Origin: Pseudomonadota bacterium
GTDB lineage: Bacteria > UBA10199 > 2-02-FULL-44-16 > JAAZCA01
Assembly (NCBI GenBank): GCA_043822785.1
Contig: JBDRBN010000112.1
Location: 1 to 18,445 of the forward strand
DNA length: 18,445 nucleotides
Direction of reading: 5' to 3'
Part shown: piece after piece, positions 16,554 to 18,445 of the stretch
Layout: each line of letters starts with the position of its first letter
Position numbering within the stretch: position 1 is the first letter of the stretch
Notes under the pieces: model-generated
Databases searched by the model: none
What the model was told of the DNA's origin: nothing
The model's input: only the letters and a program-made list of their open reading frames with translations
Made by a program: the position numbers and the translations under genes

Positions 16554-16891
16554 CAAAGATAAAGATCTGCAAAGAGGATGGCTGCAACGACGCGTCAACA
16601 ACAGCGGGCTTCTGTCGGCTGCATTATCTTAGGCATTGGAAGGCAATTAAAGATGCCCAAAGAGAAGCTGCTACTCGCAGGCTCAACCGCTATATCGAGC
16701 GAGTTTTAAGGGAAAATCCCGACGACTACATGGACGTCATCAGAAAAGATCTTAAGCGCGACGACTTTGATGAAATCGTAGGGGGAGAGTTGGATTTTGG
16801 CGAGGATGCATCATCTGTCCTTGGTGAGCCAAACGATGAAGCCGAAATCGAAGAGATTATAAGAAAACTCAAGATAGAGGAAGGCTTCTAA
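16550..16891 (+). CDS. Hypothetical 113-aa protein with a C-x4-C-x9-C-x2-H putative Zn site and acidic C-terminus
   Basis: CKEDGCNDASTTAGFCRLH; GAGG RBS, GTG start overlapping the previous stop. Confidence 0.75.
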   Translation: MTKIKICKEDGCNDASTTAGFCRLHYLRHWKAIKDAQREAATRRLNRYIERVLRENPDDYMDVIRKDLKRDDFDEIVGGELDFGEDASSVLGEPNDEAEIEEIIRKLKIEEGF

Positions 16892-16896
16892 AATCA

Positions 16897-16934
16897 GCGA
16901 GACCGGCGAGAAAAGCGAGACACGCGAGAAACGT
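16897..16934 (+). repeat. 9-bp tandem repeat, 4 units
   Basis: GCGAGACCG GCGAGAAAA GCGAGACAC GCGAGAAAC GT. Confidence 0.75.
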
Positions 16935-16944
16935 TAAAATATAG

Positions 16945-18303
16945 ATGTTCAGTGGCCATTATCATCACAGGATGCAGGGCGATATCGCGCGGATGTTTCG
17001 CAAGCGCGATGTTGCAGATCTTAAGACAGATCTGTGGAATGAATTCGTCGACTCAGGACTTATCGGCATAAACGATGACGACTGCTCAGCGCTTCCCAAC
17101 ATTCTTCCGCTGTCCTATCTTTCCACAATCAAAAGGGTAAGCAGGGATATTACCGAGTTTGTCATGAAGCTCCTATCGCTTCCTGAAAGGGAGCTTAAGG
17201 CAATCCTCTTGCCTTCACCCGTAACAGATTATCTCATAGATGAGCTGGGTGTGTTAAAGCACCGCCAAAAGCGCATCACAGGGAGCCTTCGCTTTGATAT
17301 GGCTATAGTGGGTGCGCCTGTGCCCGCAAATCCTCCAAAGCTTTTAGAGGTGAACGAGATCGGCTTCGACGGCACAGGCCGCTCATCATACATTCAAGAG
17401 ACGCTCTCTCGTATTTTTCCGGCTCTTAAGAAGCGGCTTAAATGCCTGGATACGGCTGCGAGCGAAGTTAGAAACATGCGCAGGCTTGGGCGCCGTATGG
17501 TGCGCTTTCAGTACGACAGCTATAATTGGGAAGAAGAAGTACTCATCATGAAGGCAAAGAGGGCAGGGCTTGATCTACGCTTGGTCCAGCCGAGCGCCTT
17601 TAAAGTTGATATGCTAGATGATTGCCCGCTTCTTTCGCGGCATCGCATCAGTTTTCCTGATGGGAGGCTTTGCATCGGTCGTGATAAAAAACTGCCCAGC
17701 GCCTTTGAGCTTTCATACAGCTTTAATCTCAACGATTATAAGGAAGCCCCGAGCTTTTTTCGCAATCTCGTTCGATCTAAAACCCCACAGTATAGCCCTT
17801 TCGTAACTGGCTTGATCGCGCCAAAGACGATCTTGATCCTGCTTAATGATCTCTCGCTCAGAAGGCTCATGCTGGGATCTTCACGCGCTGAAAGTCTTGC
17901 ACCATCCATTCTTCACGCAAAACTCCTTTCAGACAATGAAGATGAGCTTAGGCGTTTATGCACTAGCTATGTTTTGAAACATGCTGATGGGATGGGCGGT
18001 GAGATGGTGTATGTGGGCAAAGAGATCCTAAAGATCATGAAGAGAATACGCAAAAAAGACCATAAACATTGGGTTACCCACGACAGGGTTAAGCTGGGCA
18101 CCATGGATGTGGATGGTTTCCTATCGCGCCGCAGAAAGGTGATTGCAGATCTTGGGGTTTATGTGCACTACGATTGGAACGGGAACAGCTTTGATCATTT
18201 CTCCGTAGGTGGGTTTATCACCCGGGCCACAAATCGCAGCTTCAAAGTCAACGTCAGCGGCGGCGGCATCCAGGTCCCAGTGATGTTCGACCGCCACCTC
18301 TAA
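16945..18303 (+). CDS. Circularly permuted ATP-grasp-like ligase (glutathione/glutathionylspermidine synthetase-type topology); exact start uncertain
   Basis: N-terminal RFD...KLLEVN, later YVLKHADGMGGEMVYVG, C-terminal R...VNVSGGG. Confidence 0.7.
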   Translation: MFSGHYHHRMQGDIARMFRKRDVADLKTDLWNEFVDSGLIGINDDDCSALPNILPLSYLSTIKRVSRDITEFVMKLLSLPERELKAILLPSPVTDYLIDELGVLKHRQKRITGSLRFDMAIVGAPVPANPPKLLEVNEIGFDGTGRSSYIQETLSRIFPALKKRLKCLDTAASEVRNMRRLGRRMVRFQYDSYNWEEEVLIMKAKRAGLDLRLVQPSAFKVDMLDDCPLLSRHRISFPDGRLCIGRDKKLPSAFELSYSFNLNDYKEAPSFFRNLVRSKTPQYSPFVTGLIAPKTILILLNDLSLRRLMLGSSRAESLAPSILHAKLLSDNEDELRRLCTSYVLKHADGMGGEMVYVGKEILKIMKRIRKKDHKHWVTHDRVKLGTMDVDGFLSRRRKVIADLGVYVHYDWNGNSFDHFSVGGFITRATNRSFKVNVSGGGIQVPVMFDRHL

Positions 18304-18445
18304 GCCATGACGGAGCAATTATGTGATGCGTTTTTGTGCAGGGTGCAGCGAATCTGTGCAGTGTGACGGAGCAATACGTTTACTGCGAAGTATGCATCTC
18401 TTCAATATTCCAAAACTATTTCCCTTCTTCAATTTTTTGCTGAGC

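Overview
Bacterial chromosomal window, most consistent with a deltaproteobacterial-type lineage (inferred from the mutS-amidase-glnD order and short NuoG). Left part, minus strand: a hypothetical gene, a secreted TPR-like gene, then complex I genes nuoC-D-E-F-G, with no nuoA/B directly upstream. Right part, plus strand: mutS, an N-acetylmuramoyl-L-alanine amidase, glnD, two small hypotheticals and a circularly permuted ATP-grasp-like ligase. Between them (7471-9074, minus strand) is the most unusual element: a self-contained three-gene operon with a sigma28/FliA-like promoter, three strong AAGGAG RBSs and an intrinsic terminator. It encodes small proteins with a Gly/Ala hydrophobic segment, a helical Q/K/E/A region and a shared C-terminal [YW]-x-x-G-x-P motif; two of them align without gaps as paralogs. 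This is a candidate uncharacterised secreted translocon/pore-type system. Intergenic DNA carries at least four repeat families: GTCAT...ATGAC REP-like palindromes, a 188-bp MITE-like element with 18-bp TIRs, TTCCAAA/TTGGAAT heptamer arrays and GCGAGAAAC 9-mer tandems, some nested inside each other.
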